Of a stretch of DNA of 64,000 nt, positions 37,521-48,945 are shown in pieces. Numbering within the stretch: the first letter of the stretch is position 1; the number at the start of each line of letters is the position of its first letter. A model generated the notes under the pieces. That model did no database searches. It was not told the origin of the DNA and worked only from the letters and a program-made list of their open reading frames with translations. Made by a program: the position numbers and the translations under genes. The stretch comes from an uncultured bacterium (lineage in GTDB: Bacteria; Pseudomonadota; Gammaproteobacteria; Burkholderiales; Burkholderiaceae_E), in the NCBI GenBank assembly GCA_903907905.1, contig CAIVPX010000137.1, positions 3,352-67,351 on the forward strand. Direction: 5' to 3'.

Positions 37521-38358
37521 TCGGCGCGGCGCTGCCCGCCGCCAGAGCCCGCGCCCGGTGGCGGGTCACGTGGCTCGCAAGCGATTCGGTCAGCATTTTC
37601 TCGCTGATCGCTCGGTGCTCGCATCCATCGCATCGGCAATTGGTCCGCGTGCCGGCGAGCCGTTGCTTGAAATCGGACCTGGCCTGGGGGCGCTCACTGC
37701 GGTGCTGTTCGAGACCCTGCCGCGGCTGGCTGCGGTCGAGATCGATCGCGACCTGTGTGCCCGACTGCAGCGCCGCTATGGAGAGGACCGGTTGGTGCTC
37801 TTCGAGGCCGATGCCCTGAGCTTCGATCCGGCCCGGGCGCTGGAGCGACTCGCCCCCTCTTCCGGCGCAGGGCACACGCTGCGGATCGTGGGCAACCTGC
37901 CCTACAACATCTCGAGCCCGCTGCTTGTCCATCTGATCGATGCGCGGCATCTCGTTCGGGATCAGCATTTTCTGCTGCAAAAGGAAGTGGTCGAGCGGAT
38001 CGTGGCCGAACCGGGCAGCAGTGACTTTGGCCGGCTCAGTGTGCTGCTGCAGGCCTTCTACGAGGTGGAGTTGCTGTTCGAGGTCGGGCCTGAGGCGTTC
38101 GATCCGCCGCCGCGTGTCGACTCGGCCGTGCTACGCATGACCGTCCGCGAGCGTCCGCTGGTGGACGACCCGGCGCCGCTGCAAAAAGTGCTGGCGGTGG
38201 CTTTTGCGCAACGCCGAAAGATGATTCGCAGCACCCTGCTGCCCTGGTTGGCCGAGCACGGCATTGCCGCCGAGGGGCTTGTAGGCCAGGCTCGCGCCGA
38301 GGACATCAGCCTTGAGCATTACTGCGATCTGGCCCGCGCGCTTTCGCAGTCGGGCTGA
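37507..38358 (+). CDS. rsmA: 16S rRNA (adenine1518/1519-N6)-dimethyltransferase RsmA/KsgA
   Basis: 283 aa. ARKRFGQHFL, LEIGPGLGALT, GNLPYNISSP motifs. Overlaps the surA end by 14 nt. Confidence 0.9.
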   Translation: MMNPDRRGAARRQSPRPVAGHVARKRFGQHFLADRSVLASIASAIGPRAGEPLLEIGPGLGALTAVLFETLPRLAAVEIDRDLCARLQRRYGEDRLVLFEADALSFDPARALERLAPSSGAGHTLRIVGNLPYNISSPLLVHLIDARHLVRDQHFLLQKEVVERIVAEPGSSDFGRLSVLLQAFYEVELLFEVGPEAFDPPPRVDSAVLRMTVRERPLVDDPAPLQKVLAVAFAQRRKMIRSTLLPWLAEHGIAAEGLVGQARAEDISLEHYCDLARALSQSG

Positions 38359-38372
38359 TCCAGCCGCTCATG

Positions 38373-38396
38373 GCTCGGGCGGGCCCAAGCCCGAGC
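38373..38396. terminator. GC-rich hairpin between convergent rsmA and gloA (GCTCGGGC-N8-GCCCGAGC)
   Basis: 8-bp perfect stem read from the sequence. No clear U-tract on either side. Confidence 0.35.
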
Positions 38397-38398
38397 AA

Positions 38399-38788
38399 TC
38401 AGGCGTCCCGGCGTTCGATCAGTTCGATCTTGTAGCCGTCGGGGTCCTGCACAAATGCAATGATCGTATTGCCGCCCTTGACCGGGCCGGCCTCGCGAGT
38501 GACGGCGCCGCCGCTCTGGCGGATACGATCGCAGGCGGCTGCGGCATCGGGTACCGCGATGGCAATGTGACCAAAGCCTGCGCCCAGGTCGTAATGATCG
38601 ACCCCGTAGTTGTAGGTAAGCTCGATCACCGCGCCCTGCGACTCGTCACCGTAGCCGACGAACGCAAGCGAGTACTTCTGCTCCGGTCGGTCGGTGGTGC
38701 GCAGCAACTGCATCCCCATCACGCCGGTATAAAAGTCGATCGAACGCTGCAGGTTGCCGACGCGGATCATCGTGTGCAGGACGCGCAT
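38399..38788 (-). CDS. gloA: lactoylglutathione lyase (glyoxalase I)
   Basis: 129 aa. [21 protein letters not shown]...GFGHIAI...GYKIELIE, the canonical GloA pattern. Confidence 0.9.
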   Translation of the reverse strand: MRVLHTMIRVGNLQRSIDFYTGVMGMQLLRTTDRPEQKYSLAFVGYGDESQGAVIELTYNYGVDHYDLGAGFGHIAIAVPDAAAACDRIRQSGGAVTREAGPVKGGNTIIAFVQDPDGYKIELIERRDA

Positions 38789-38829
38789 GACTGCTCTCCC
38801 CAGGACTGTTTGAATCGTTCGCCGGTGAT

Positions 38830-39648
38830 CTAGCTGGCGGGCGTATCGTCGTAATGATGCCTGAGCGCGCCGCGGACGCGCTCGTAGTCGGGGAACAAGT
38901 CGCCGACGGTCGACCAGAAGCGAGGCCCGTGGTTGAGTTCGGCCAGGTGCGCCATTTCGTGGGCGATCACGTAGTCGATCACTTCATGCGGAAAGTGCAC
39001 CAGACGCCAGTTGAGCCGGATGGATCCGTCCGGGTTGCAACTGCCCCAGCGGGTGCGCGCTGACGAAAGGGCCCAACGGGTCGGGGCCCGGCCCAGCTTC
39101 TGCGAGAACACCGGGATACGCTCGGCGAAGATCGCCCGGGCCTGCTCCCGCAACCAGGCTTCGACCCTATCCTTCAACTGTTCGCTCCCCGCATCGGGGG
39201 GCAAGCCCACCCGCAGCAGCGCGCCGTCCCGAATAACGCCATCCGTCTCGGTATCGATCCGCAGGCTCAAAGGCTCGCCCAGCAACCTGACGGTTGCACC
39301 GTGCTCCCAGCGTGGCTGCATGTCCAGGCGGCGCTGCTCATGACGCTGCCATTCGGCCAGTTTGCGCAGGATCCAGTCGCACTTTTCGTCGAGGGCCTGC
39401 TCGATTTCGCGCAGCGACACCCAGCGAGGCGCGCTGACGCGTAGCCCCCGATGATCGATCTGAAATCCGATGGTGCGGCGGCGCGAACGGATCAACTCCC
39501 ATCGAACCGGCTGGTTCCGTAGCAGGGCCAGGCGCTGGCCTGCCGGACCCGGCTGCGGCGCCTGGGCGGTATCGAAGAGGGGCAGCGACAGTTGGGGTGC
39601 GGCTTCGGCAACAGGGCGAGGGGGCTTCTTCTTGAAGAAATTGAACAT
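38830..39648 (-). CDS. YgjP-like (DUF45 / M48-related) zinc metallohydrolase
   Basis: 272 aa. WGSC...[22 protein letters not shown], with an HExxH motif. Confidence 0.8.
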   Translation of the reverse strand: MFNFFKKKPPRPVAEAAPQLSLPLFDTAQAPQPGPAGQRLALLRNQPVRWELIRSRRRTIGFQIDHRGLRVSAPRWVSLREIEQALDEKCDWILRKLAEWQRHEQRRLDMQPRWEHGATVRLLGEPLSLRIDTETDGVIRDGALLRVGLPPDAGSEQLKDRVEAWLREQARAIFAERIPVFSQKLGRAPTRWALSSARTRWGSCNPDGSIRLNWRLVHFPHEVIDYVIAHEMAHLAELNHGPRFWSTVGDLFPDYERVRGALRHHYDDTPAS

Positions 39649-39649
39649 C

Positions 39650-40411
39650 TCAGCTCTTGTCGGCAGGGATCGACTTTGGGGTGACAGGTGGATACAACTG
39701 CGGGCTCAAGCGGCGCATCTCGCGCTCGATCCAGGCCTCAACTTCCCGATTGAGTTCATCAGGTGACTTGCCGCGTGATTCAATGGGTGCACCGATCGAG
39801 ACGGTAATGAGACCCGCCTGTTTGATGAAGGCCTTTCGGGGCCAGAACTGCCCCGAGTTGACGGCGATCGGCACAACCGGCGCACCGGTTCGAATCGCAA
39901 GTCGCACGCCGCCTGTCTTATAGCGACCTTGGGAGCCCGCAGCCGTGCGGGTTCCCTCGGGAAACATGATGATCCAGCGGCCCTGTTCGAGCTTGGCCAT
40001 ACCCTGCGAGACGACCTGCTCGAAGGCATCATTGCCGCGCCTGCGATTGATATGAATCATGTCGAGCAAGGCGATACCCCAGCCGAAGAAGGGGAGGAAG
40101 AGCAACTCGCGCTTGAAGACGTAGCACAGTTCCCGGGGCATGAAGGACGGGTAAAAGAGCGTTTCCCAGGCCGACTGGTGTTTGGACAAGAGGATGGCCG
40201 GGCCATCGGGCAGGTGCTCGGACCCGATCACCTGCCAGCGCAGACCGAGTATCGAACGCGCTGCTGCGATCTGCGCCTTGGGCCAGAGCATGGTGAATCG
40301 GTAGCGCCAGCGCCGGGGGAGCGGTGCGCAGGCCAGGCAGGCGAAGGCCATGGGCACCACCGTGACAAACTGGAAGACCAGGTAAAGACTGGCCCGAAGC
40401 GCGGGGATCAT
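39650..40411 (-). CDS. plsC: 1-acyl-sn-glycerol-3-phosphate acyltransferase (PlsC family)
   Basis: ORF 39650..40450. ATG at 40411 lies 7 nt after the glyS stop. Acyltransferase motifs HQSAWE and FPEGTR. Confidence 0.8.
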   Translation of the reverse strand: MIPALRASLYLVFQFVTVVPMAFACLACAPLPRRWRYRFTMLWPKAQIAAARSILGLRWQVIGSEHLPDGPAILLSKHQSAWETLFYPSFMPRELCYVFKRELLFLPFFGWGIALLDMIHINRRRGNDAFEQVVSQGMAKLEQGRWIIMFPEGTRTAAGSQGRYKTGGVRLAIRTGAPVVPIAVNSGQFWPRKAFIKQAGLITVSIGAPIESRGKSPDELNREVEAWIEREMRRLSPQLYPPVTPKSIPADKS

Positions 40412-40418
40412 CGGGGTT

Positions 40419-42512
40419 TCAGGCGACCGACAGTCGAGAGATGTCGGCAACGCCGTTCATGAGATCGTGCAGGCGCCCCAGCAGTGCGAGCCGGTTGCGC
40501 CGGACGAGTTCGTTGTCGACCATTACCATGACGTCTTCGAAGTAGCGATCGACGACCTCGCGAACCTGGGCAAGCAGGGTCAGCGCCGTGGCGTAGTCCT
40601 GCGCCAGCATGCTGGCCTGCACTCTGGGTTCGAGTTCATCGACGCGTTGAGCAAGCCCCTGCTCGGCGCCCGCCTCGAGCAATGCCGGGTCGACGCGCAC
40701 GCCGTACTCGCGCCCTGATTTGCGCAGGATGTTGCCGATGCGCTTATTGGCAGCCGCCAGGGCCTGCGCCTCAGGCAGGGCGGCGAAGGCGCGAACCGCG
40801 GCGAGACGGTCGGGAACCTGCGACAGGGCTGCCGGTCGCTGCTCGACGACTGCGGCCGTTTCCTGCGCCGAGTAACCCCGGTCGCGCAGGTAGCCGCTCA
40901 GGCGCTCGAAGATGAAGGTTTCGAGTTCGGTGTGGGCACGTTGCACACGCTCGCCAAAGGCGGCAAAGGCCGCGTCGATCAGTGCGGACAGCGAGAGCGT
41001 GAGACGCTTTTCGATCAGGATGCGGATGACGCCAAGCGCGTGGCGACGCAGGGCAAAGGGATCTTTGTCGCCGGTGGGCAGTTGGCCAATGCCAAAGAGG
41101 CCGGCCAGGGTTTCAAGCTTGTCGGCCAGGGCCAGTACCGTGCCGCATTCGCTGGCGGGCAGTGCATCGCCTGCAAAGCGAGGTTGGTAATGTTCGACGA
41201 TCGCCTGGGCGACCGCGGCGTCTTCACCATCGTGGAGCGCGTAGTAGCGTCCCATCACACCCTGCAACTCGGGGAACTCGCCCACCATCCCGGTGACGAG
41301 ATCGGTCTTGGCCAACAGCGCTGCGCGGTCGACCAGCGTGGCTGGCGCGCCCGCCATGCCGGCGATGGCCCGGGCAATGGCGCGCACGCGCTCGATGCGC
41401 TCGGCCTGCGTGCCCAGTTTGGCGTGATAGACAACCGAGGCGAGTTGCGCTGCGCGCTGCTCAAGCCGCTGCTTCTTGTCCTGCTCGAAAAAGAAGCGCG
41501 CGTCGGCAAGCCGTGGCCGGATGACGCGTTGATTGCCGTCGATGATGAAGGCGGGGTCGTCCACCTGCATGTTGGAGACAATCAGAAAGCGCGACAGAAG
41601 CTTTGAATGCGCATCAAACAGCGGGAAGTACTTCTGGTTGGTACGCATGGTGAGAATGAGGCACTCCTGCGGCACCTGCAGGAAGTCGTCCTCGAAGGTG
41701 CCCACGTACACGGCAGGCCACTCGACCAGCGCATTGACCTCGTCAAGCAGCGCTTCGAATGGCGCCTCCTCGCCCAGCGAAGCACCCAGGGCCGACGCCT
41801 GCGCACGCAACAGCGCGCCGATGCGCGTGCGCCGGGCCTCGAGGCTGGCCAGCACCCGGCCCGACTGCTCGAGTTCGTGCTCGTAGCGGTCGGCATGAGC
41901 CATGGCGAGGGTGCCCTGCGACTGGAAACGATGGCCTTCCGTGAGTCGGTCTGACACGAGCCCGAGCACCCGCGCGGGGACGATGTCTTCGCCGTGCAGC
42001 ACCATGAGCCGATGAGCCGGACGCACGAAGCTCACACTCGTGACACCGTCGGCCAACTGGTACTGCATGAGCTTGGGGATCGGCAGCGATGCCAGCGCCG
42101 AGGCGAGGGTGTCGTCGATCGCATCCGCGAGGGACACGCCGGCGACGGTAGTTCGCCAGAAGAAGCATTCCTGCTTGCCGTCGCTTGCGCGCACCAGTGC
42201 GGGCACTGAGGCGCCCTGGCGCTCGGCCCACTTGAGGAGCGCCTGGGTGGGCTCGCCGGCTGTATCGAGCCCCACCTTGACGGAGGGCCCCTTCACCTCG
42301 ACCTCCCGCTCGGGCGCCTGGGCAAGCACCGGGCTGATGCGTACGGCCAGCCTGCGTGGCGAGGCGAACCCCTCGACGCGTGCATCGGGTGGCGCCAGCC
42401 CTTTGATGCGGAGCGACTCGGCGATGGCCGTGCTGAATGCTGCGCTGATGCGCCCGAGTGCCTTGGGCGGCAGTTCTTCGGTGAACAGTTCGATGAGCAG
42501 GGGACGGTTCAT
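40419..42512 (-). CDS. glyS: glycine--tRNA ligase beta subunit
   Basis: 697 aa. MNRPLLIELFTEELPPKAL, the canonical GlyS N-terminus. Follows glyQ. Confidence 0.95.
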   Translation of the reverse strand: MNRPLLIELFTEELPPKALGRISAAFSTAIAESLRIKGLAPPDARVEGFASPRRLAVRISPVLAQAPEREVEVKGPSVKVGLDTAGEPTQALLKWAERQGASVPALVRASDGKQECFFWRTTVAGVSLADAIDDTLASALASLPIPKLMQYQLADGVTSVSFVRPAHRLMVLHGEDIVPARVLGLVSDRLTEGHRFQSQGTLAMAHADRYEHELEQSGRVLASLEARRTRIGALLRAQASALGASLGEEAPFEALLDEVNALVEWPAVYVGTFEDDFLQVPQECLILTMRTNQKYFPLFDAHSKLLSRFLIVSNMQVDDPAFIIDGNQRVIRPRLADARFFFEQDKKQRLEQRAAQLASVVYHAKLGTQAERIERVRAIARAIAGMAGAPATLVDRAALLAKTDLVTGMVGEFPELQGVMGRYYALHDGEDAAVAQAIVEHYQPRFAGDALPASECGTVLALADKLETLAGLFGIGQLPTGDKDPFALRRHALGVIRILIEKRLTLSLSALIDAAFAAFGERVQRAHTELETFIFERLSGYLRDRGYSAQETAAVVEQRPAALSQVPDRLAAVRAFAALPEAQALAAANKRIGNILRKSGREYGVRVDPALLEAGAEQGLAQRVDELEPRVQASMLAQDYATALTLLAQVREVVDRYFEDVMVMVDNELVRRNRLALLGRLHDLMNGVADISRLSVA

Positions 42513-42515
42513 GGT

Positions 42516-43403
42516 TCAGGCTGCCTGCGCAGTCGCTTTGAGCATGGGGAATCCCAGGCGTTCGCGTGAATCGTAGAAGGCCTGCGCCACGGCACGGGCC
42601 AGGTTGCGCACCCGACCGATATAAGCGGCCCGCTCGGTCACCGAAATGGCGCCTCGGGCATCGAGCAGGTTGAAGGTGTGCGAGCACTTCATCACCATCT
42701 CGTAGGCCGGCAGGGCCAGTTGCGCCTCGATCAGCGCCTTGGCCTCGGCCTCGTACTCGTTGAAGTGACGAAACAGCATGGCGGCGTTGGCGTGTTCGAA
42801 GTTGTAAGTGGACTGCTCGACCTCGTTCTGGTGAAACACATCACGATAGGTCATGGTGTCGGTCCACTGCAGATCGAAGACGCTTTCGACGCGCTGCAGA
42901 TACATGGCCAGGCGCTCAAGCCCGTAAGTGATCTCGCCGGTGACCGGTTGGCACTTGAGCGAACCGACCTCCTGGAAGTAGGTGAACTGGGTGACCTCCA
43001 TGCCATTGAGCCAGACTTCCCAGCCCAAGCCCCAGGCGCCCAGCGTGGGGGACTCCCAGTCGTCTTCGACGAAGCGCACGTCGTTGGACTTGAGGTCGAT
43101 GCCCAAGGCCTCCAGCGAACCGAGGTAGAGCTCGAGAATGTTGGGCGGCGAGGGTTTGAGCACGACCTGATACTGATAGTAGTGCTGCAGACGATTGGGG
43201 TTGTCGCCGTAGCGGCCGTCCTTGGGGCGCCGCGAGGGCTGCACGTAGGCCGCGCGCCAGGGCTCGGGGCCGATGGCCCGCAGAAAGGTGGCAGTATGGA
43301 AGGTGCCAGCCCCGACTTCCATGTCGTAGGGTTGCAGCAGCGCGCAGCCGTGGCCATCCCAGTACTGTTGCAGGCGCAGGATCGTTTGCTGGAAGGTTTG
43401 CAT
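42516..43403 (-). CDS. glyQ: glycine--tRNA ligase alpha subunit
   Basis: ORF 42516..43835 is over-extended. ATG at 43403 gives [36 protein letters not shown]. About 295 aa. Confidence 0.95.
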   Translation of the reverse strand: MQTFQQTILRLQQYWDGHGCALLQPYDMEVGAGTFHTATFLRAIGPEPWRAAYVQPSRRPKDGRYGDNPNRLQHYYQYQVVLKPSPPNILELYLGSLEALGIDLKSNDVRFVEDDWESPTLGAWGLGWEVWLNGMEVTQFTYFQEVGSLKCQPVTGEITYGLERLAMYLQRVESVFDLQWTDTMTYRDVFHQNEVEQSTYNFEHANAAMLFRHFNEYEAEAKALIEAQLALPAYEMVMKCSHTFNLLDARGAISVTERAAYIGRVRNLARAVAQAFYDSRERLGFPMLKATAQAA

Positions 43404-43455
43404 CGGCGGCGGACAGGCGTTGAAGAAGAGCGCAATTCTAGCGGGTTCGGCGCGA

Positions 43456-45027
43456 TCAACGGGGTCGACTGGATGCGGGCAACGACCCCATTCGCACGAT
43501 CCCGCGCGCGCCCGCAAGGAGGACGAGGCAGAGCAATACGGCCGGCAAATTCCCCCAGCGCGCAAAGGGGGTGAGCTCCTTTGTGGGCCTGACCTCGGTG
43601 AGCAGACCTCCAGCCTGATGCGGGGGGAGTCGCCCCAGCACCCTCCCCCGGTGGTCGATCGCCGCAGTGACCCCGGTGTTGGTGGCGCGCAGCATGGGTC
43701 GGGCCAGCTCGATGCTTCGCATGCGCGCGATCTGAAGATGCTGGCCGAGCGCATGAGACTCTCCAAACCAGCCGATGTTGCTCGCGTTGATGAGTACCCC
43801 TGCGCCCGCGCGAACCTGCGCCGCGAGCTCTTCACCGAACAGGTCTTCGTAGCAGATATTGAAGGCGATTCGATGCGCGCCGATCTGCAGGAGCGGTTGA
43901 TCGTCGCGGCCTCGGCCGAACTCGCCCAATGGAATCTGCATCAGCGCGACGAACCACTGAAACCCTGCGGGAATGAATTCGCCGAAGGGCACCAGATGGC
44001 GCTTGTCGTAGCGCGACGTGATGCGGCCTGTCGAATCGATGACCGCGATGCTGTTGGTGTAGCGACGACCCGGTGCGGCTTCAATCAGCGGCATGCCGAT
44101 AGCCACCCGCCCGCCGGGCGCCAGTTTCGAGCTGAGTGCCCGTACCAGGGACTCGGGCGTCTGGTCCCAGCTTACGGTCCAGGCGGTCTCTGGCATGACG
44201 GTCAGGGTGGCCGATGCCGGCTCGATCGTCTCGATGTAGGCGCGCATGGCCGACAGGCTTCTCGCGCTGTCGAACTTGAGTTCCTGTTCGACATTGCCTT
44301 GCAGCAGGTGCACGCGTAGCGACTCGGGTGAGGGCTCGCCCCAGCGCAGGAGCCCACTTAGCAGGCCCAGCGCCAGGGGCAGGAGCAGCAGGGCCAGGGC
44401 AGGTCCGTTGACCGAATGTGTGCGCCACGCACTGCGAACGAACAGGGCGAGCCCGGCCGAGCAGAGGACGGCCACGCAGCCGACGCCGTAGGCGCCCAGC
44501 AGCGGGGCGAGTCCCGCCAGTGGCCCGTCCACATGGGCGTAGCCGGGCGACAGCCAGGGAAACCCGGTGAGCAAATGGCCACGCAGCAGTTCGAACGCGC
44601 CCCAGCTTGCCGCCAGCGTGAGCGCGTCGGCACACCCGGCCGGGCGCGATGGGCGGGCGCGCAGGGCACCGGTGAGCGCCGACGCCGCGGCGGGAAATAT
44701 CGACAGGTAGGCGCCGAACAAGGCGAGTGCGAGCGCTGCCAGGGGGGCCGGCATGCCGCCGTAGCGATGCATGCTGATGAAGAGCCAGGCCACCCCCGCG
44801 ATGAACCAGCCCAGGCCAAAGCTCAGGCCGAGCAGCGCGGCGTGGCGAGACTGCGTGCGCCTCGAGCCGAGTCCGGCATCACCGTCGATTGCATCGAATA
44901 GCAGCCCGCACCATGCAGCCATGGCCAGCGCTTGCAGCCAGCCCATCCATTCGCCGGAAAACGAGAAGGCGTGGACGACGCCGAGTAGGGCGGCGATCAG
45001 ACCGCGCACGCCGACACTTCGTTTCAC
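43456..45027 (-). CDS. lnt: apolipoprotein N-acyltransferase
   Basis: 523 aa. N-terminal multi-TM region plus a C-terminal CN-hydrolase domain ([10 protein letters not shown]). Lies in the conserved miaB-phoH-ybeY-corC-lnt block. Confidence 0.9.
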   Translation of the reverse strand: MKRSVGVRGLIAALLGVVHAFSFSGEWMGWLQALAMAAWCGLLFDAIDGDAGLGSRRTQSRHAALLGLSFGLGWFIAGVAWLFISMHRYGGMPAPLAALALALFGAYLSIFPAAASALTGALRARPSRPAGCADALTLAASWGAFELLRGHLLTGFPWLSPGYAHVDGPLAGLAPLLGAYGVGCVAVLCSAGLALFVRSAWRTHSVNGPALALLLLPLALGLLSGLLRWGEPSPESLRVHLLQGNVEQELKFDSARSLSAMRAYIETIEPASATLTVMPETAWTVSWDQTPESLVRALSSKLAPGGRVAIGMPLIEAAPGRRYTNSIAVIDSTGRITSRYDKRHLVPFGEFIPAGFQWFVALMQIPLGEFGRGRDDQPLLQIGAHRIAFNICYEDLFGEELAAQVRAGAGVLINASNIGWFGESHALGQHLQIARMRSIELARPMLRATNTGVTAAIDHRGRVLGRLPPHQAGGLLTEVRPTKELTPFARWGNLPAVLLCLVLLAGARGIVRMGSLPASSRPR

Positions 45028-45060
45028 GCGGACGCCTGCTCAGGCTCTCGCATGGCCGTG

Positions 45061-45942
45061 CTAGGGGCTGTCGCCTGTCGAGTCGAGGGAGGCTGCAGGG
45101 GCCTGGCGCTCGACGAGGAAAAGATGCGCCTGTCGGGCATCGGCGCGCAGCACGTCGAAGCGGAGCCCGTCGAGTACAACGCGCTCGCCGCGCCGAGGGA
45201 CCCGCCCCAGTTGCTCGGTGATCAGCCCGCCGATGGTGTCGAATTCACCCACCGGAAGCCTCACGCCCATGACCTCGTTGAGCTGCGCGATCTCGGCCAT
45301 GGCCCGGACGCGAAAGCGCGGCCCGAGTTCGCCCGGTTCGACGGCCACGACATGATCGCTCGCCTCATCAAAGTCGAATTCGTCTTCGATGTCACCGACG
45401 ATTTGCTCGAGCACATCTTCGATGGTGATCAGGCCGGCCGTACCGCCGTACTCATCGACCACGATGGCCAGATGATGACGGTTCCTGCGAAAGTCGCTCA
45501 GCAGGACATTGAGTCGCTTGGATTCCGGGATGAACACGGGCGGACGAAGCAGGTCGCGCACATCGGTCTTGTCATCGAGTCCGAGTCGCAGCAGATCTTT
45601 GGCGTGCAGCACGCCGACCACCTTGTCGCGGTCGCCGTCGATCACCGGAAACCGGGAGTGTCCGGCATGCACCACTTTGGGAATGAATCGCTCGGGTGGT
45701 TCGTGGATGTCGATGACATCCATTTGGGCCCGCGGCACCATGATGTCGCGGACCGCCAACTCGGAAACCTGCAGCACGCCCTCGATCATCGACAGCGCGT
45801 CGGCATCGAGAAGATCGCGCGCATGCGCCTGTCGCAGGATGCCGAGCAGTTGCGCTCGGTCGTCGGGCGCTCTCAGCAGCAGGGTGGCAAGGCGTTCGAG
45901 GAGAGATTTTCTCGTGTCGCCACCCGGCGTGGGGTCAGACAT
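45061..45942 (-). CDS. corC: CBS-domain Mg/Co efflux-associated protein CorC/YbeX
   Basis: 293 aa. Tandem CBS domains plus a CorC_HlyC C-terminal domain pattern. Confidence 0.9.
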   Translation of the reverse strand: MSDPTPGGDTRKSLLERLATLLLRAPDDRAQLLGILRQAHARDLLDADALSMIEGVLQVSELAVRDIMVPRAQMDVIDIHEPPERFIPKVVHAGHSRFPVIDGDRDKVVGVLHAKDLLRLGLDDKTDVRDLLRPPVFIPESKRLNVLLSDFRRNRHHLAIVVDEYGGTAGLITIEDVLEQIVGDIEDEFDFDEASDHVVAVEPGELGPRFRVRAMAEIAQLNEVMGVRLPVGEFDTIGGLITEQLGRVPRRGERVVLDGLRFDVLRADARQAHLFLVERQAPAASLDSTGDSP

Positions 45943-46022
45943 GGATGCTTCGGGCAGTTGGGCTGGTTCAAGAATAACACCTTGCGGCGAAATGCGATTG
46001 ATTCAGTCCGCGCGTCGGGCAT

Positions 46023-46565
46023 TCACCCGGAGGAGTAAGGATCGCGGATGCGAAATCGCTTCAGGATCGATGTTTCGCGCGCTTCCATGTCCACCGCTTG
46101 TTCGGGCGTTTCGTGGTCATGGCCTAGGGCGTGGAGCGTGCCGTGGACGATCAGGTGGGCGAGTCGTGCGGCCAGCGTGATGCCGCCTGTTCGTGCCTGT
46201 TCGCGAAGTACCGGCAGGCAGACGACGATATCGGCACGGACGGTCGGGATCGACATGTCGGCTATTGCGCCGGGTGGGGCGTCGTAGCCGAAGGTCAGCA
46301 CATCGGGCGCGTAGCCACGGCCGCGGTAGGCAAGGTTGAGCGCGCGGGCCTCGGTGCGATTGACGAAGCGCAAGGTCAGTTCGGCATCGCCATCCAGCGC
46401 TGCGAGTATCCAGCGGCGGATCTGGGCGCGCGAGGCAGGCAACTCGCGTACGCCCGCGCCTCGTTGCAGGGTGAGGCTGAGTGTCGGTCGAGCGCGTCGT
46501 GGTCCAGCCTGATGGACGACGACCGCCGGTTCAGTGGGCGGCGGGTGCCTTGGCGTGCTTTTCAT
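46023..46565 (-). CDS. ybeY: rRNA maturation endoribonuclease YbeY
   Basis: 180 aa. Zinc motif HGTLHALGHDH. Has a ~30-aa N-terminal extension that overlaps the phoH end by 35 nt. ATG at 46565 is the only canonical start seen. Confidence 0.85.
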   Translation of the reverse strand: MKSTPRHPPPTEPAVVVHQAGPRRARPTLSLTLQRGAGVRELPASRAQIRRWILAALDGDAELTLRFVNRTEARALNLAYRGRGYAPDVLTFGYDAPPGAIADMSIPTVRADIVVCLPVLREQARTGGITLAARLAHLIVHGTLHALGHDHETPEQAVDMEARETSILKRFRIRDPYSSG

Positions 46566-47553
46566 AGGCGTCGACGATTCGGGCGACCAGTGGATGGCGC
46601 ACCACGTCGCTGCTGTCGAATTCGGTCATGGCGATGCCACGCACCGAGGCCAGCACGCGCCGGGCCTCGATCAGACCCGAGGCTTGCCCGCGCGGCAGAT
46701 CGATCTGTGTCGCGTCGCCGGTGATGACCGCCCGCGATCCGAAGCCCATTCGCGTGAGAAACATCTTCATCTGTTCGGGCGTCGTGTTCTGGGCTTCGTC
46801 GAGGATGATGAAGGAGTGGTTGAGGGTGCGCCCGCGCATGTAGGCCAGCGGTGCGATTTCGATGGCCTGCTTCTCGAACATGCGCGTCGTACGCTCGAGC
46901 CCGAGCAGGTCATAGAGCGCGTCATAGAGCGGCCGAAGATACGGATCGACCTTTTGGGCCAGGTCGCCGGGCAGAAAGCCCAAGCGCTCACCGGCTTCCA
47001 CGGCGGGTCGCGTGAGCACGATGCGCCGGACGGCATCACGCTCGAGTGCGTCCACGGCGCAGGCGACGGCCAGGTAGGTCTTGCCGGTGCCGGCAGGTCC
47101 GATGCCAAACGTAATGTCGTGAGAGAGGATGTTGCGCAGGTACTGGCGCTGGCGGGGCGTGCGGCCCTGAAGATCGGCCCGGCGCGTGTGCAGCACGGGC
47201 GACTCGTCGGGTTCGTCCGAGGCAGCCCCGCTTGCGGCATCGGCATGCAACTCGACCAGACCGAGTTGAATGTCGTCGACCGACAGGGCCCGGTCTGCCA
47301 GAGCGTGAAAGTGCAACACGGCTGCGCGCGCCTGGCGGGCGGCGGCGGCTCCGCCCTCGATGGTGAAGCGCTCACCGCGACGGCTGATCTGGACCCCGAA
47401 GGCAGTGCCGATCTGCCCCAGGTGCGCGTCCAGCGGGCCGCACAGATTGGCCAGCCGGTGCTTGTCATCGCTGTCGGCGGAAAATTCGAGGCGGTTGCTG
47501 CGCCGCTCACGAACGGCGCGCGCGGCGGGTTCGGCGCCGGAAGAATCAGTCAT
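46531..47553 (-). CDS. ybeZ: PhoH-like ATPase (YbeZ)
   Basis: 340 aa. Walker [12 protein letters not shown], and ILDEAQN. Confidence 0.9.
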   Translation of the reverse strand: MTDSSGAEPAARAVRERRSNRLEFSADSDDKHRLANLCGPLDAHLGQIGTAFGVQISRRGERFTIEGGAAAARQARAAVLHFHALADRALSVDDIQLGLVELHADAASGAASDEPDESPVLHTRRADLQGRTPRQRQYLRNILSHDITFGIGPAGTGKTYLAVACAVDALERDAVRRIVLTRPAVEAGERLGFLPGDLAQKVDPYLRPLYDALYDLLGLERTTRMFEKQAIEIAPLAYMRGRTLNHSFIILDEAQNTTPEQMKMFLTRMGFGSRAVITGDATQIDLPRGQASGLIEARRVLASVRGIAMTEFDSSDVVRHPLVARIVDAYEKHAKAPAAH

Positions 47554-48877
47554 GCGTGATGACCTCGCCGCGCAGCGAGTGGGGCAGCGCTGACACGATG
47601 CGAAGCTCGACGAAGTGGCCGATCAGCCTTGCTGGTCCGGCGAAATTGACGATCCGGTTGTTGGAGGTGCGGCCGCTCAGTTCGGCGGGGTTTTTCTTCG
47701 CATGACCTTCGACCAGCACGCGTTGTGTGCTGCCGGCCATGGCCTGGCTGATGCGTTGGGCCTGGGTGTCGATGAGTGCCTGCAGGCGTTGCAGACGGGC
47801 CAGCTTGACCTCTGCGGGCGTGTCGTCCTGAAGCTCGGCGGCCGGCGTGCCCGGGCGCGGGCTGAAGATGAAGGAGAACGAGGCATCAAAGCCGACATCT
47901 TCGATGAGCCCCATGGTTTGCTCGAAGTCGCTTTCTGTTTCGCCCGGAAACCCAACGATGAAATCCGATGACAGACAGGCATCAGGGCGGGCTTTTCGCA
48001 GTCTGCGGATGATCGACTTGTATTCGAGCGCGGTGTAGCCCCGCTTCATCGCGGCCAGAATCCGGTCCGAACCCGACTGCACCGGCAGGTGAATGTGCGT
48101 GGCCAGGGATTCGATGCGTGCGTGGGCGTCGATCAGGCGTTGCGAAAATTCCTTGGGGTGTGAGGTGGTGTAGCGGATGCGTTCGATGCCAGGAATGTCG
48201 GCCACGTACTCGAGCAACAGGGCGAAGTCGGCCCGCTCGCCATCGGCCATGGCGCCCAGATAGGCGTTCACGTTCTGGCCCAGCAGCGTGACTTCACGCA
48301 CCCCCTGATCGGCCAGCCCCGCCACCTCGGTGAGCACGTCCTCGAAGGGGCGGGATACCTCCTCGCCGCGCGTGTAGGGCACCACGCAAAAGCTGCAGTA
48401 CTTGCTGCAGCCTTCCATGATGGAGACGAAGGCGCTGGCCCCCTCGGTACGGGGCGGCGGCAGGTGATCGAACTTCTCGATTTCCGGAAAGCTGATGTCG
48501 ACCTGAGGCTTGCCGCTTTCACGGCGTCGCGCGATGAGTTGCGGCAGGCGATGCAGCGTCTGCGGGCCGAAGACCACGTCGACATAGGGCGCGCGCGTGA
48601 CGATATTCGCGCCCTCCTGGCTCGCCACGCAGCCGCCCACCCCGATGACCAGTTCGGGCCGTTCGCGCTTGAGGGCGCGCACGCGGCCCAGATCGGAAAA
48701 GACCTTTTCCTGGGCCTTTTCGCGAACCGAACAGGTGTTGAAGAGCACGATGTCGGCCTCTTCGATGCGGTCGGTGATGACCGCGCCATCGCTGTGCGCG
48801 AGCACCTCGGCCATCTTATCCGAGTCGTACTCGTTCATCTGGCAGCCGAATGTGCGGATATAAAGCTTCTTACTCAT
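47546..48877 (-). CDS. miaB: tRNA-i6A37 methylthiotransferase MiaB (radical SAM)
   Basis: ORF 47546..48925. ATG at 48877 gives [19 protein letters not shown]. Radical-SAM [11 protein letters not shown] motif and a TRAM C-terminus. Confidence 0.95.
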   Translation of the reverse strand: MSKKLYIRTFGCQMNEYDSDKMAEVLAHSDGAVITDRIEEADIVLFNTCSVREKAQEKVFSDLGRVRALKRERPELVIGVGGCVASQEGANIVTRAPYVDVVFGPQTLHRLPQLIARRRESGKPQVDISFPEIEKFDHLPPPRTEGASAFVSIMEGCSKYCSFCVVPYTRGEEVSRPFEDVLTEVAGLADQGVREVTLLGQNVNAYLGAMADGERADFALLLEYVADIPGIERIRYTTSHPKEFSQRLIDAHARIESLATHIHLPVQSGSDRILAAMKRGYTALEYKSIIRRLRKARPDACLSSDFIVGFPGETESDFEQTMGLIEDVGFDASFSFIFSPRPGTPAAELQDDTPAEVKLARLQRLQALIDTQAQRISQAMAGSTQRVLVEGHAKKNPAELSGRTSNNRIVNFAGPARLIGHFVELRIVSALPHSLRGEVITHD

Positions 48878-48945
48878 GGCCCGCATTCTATCCGGCCATA
48901 CGGTAAATTTGACCGCTAGCCCCACTTCGTCCGACGGGAGACATC

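Noticed and set aside
41743-42687. 314-aa minus-strand ORF out of frame across the glyQ/glyS junction
   Set aside because: It is on the same strand but in the wrong frame relative to two canonical aminoacyl-tRNA synthetase subunits. The product is an Arg/Ala/Gly/Pro-rich nonsense-like sequence.
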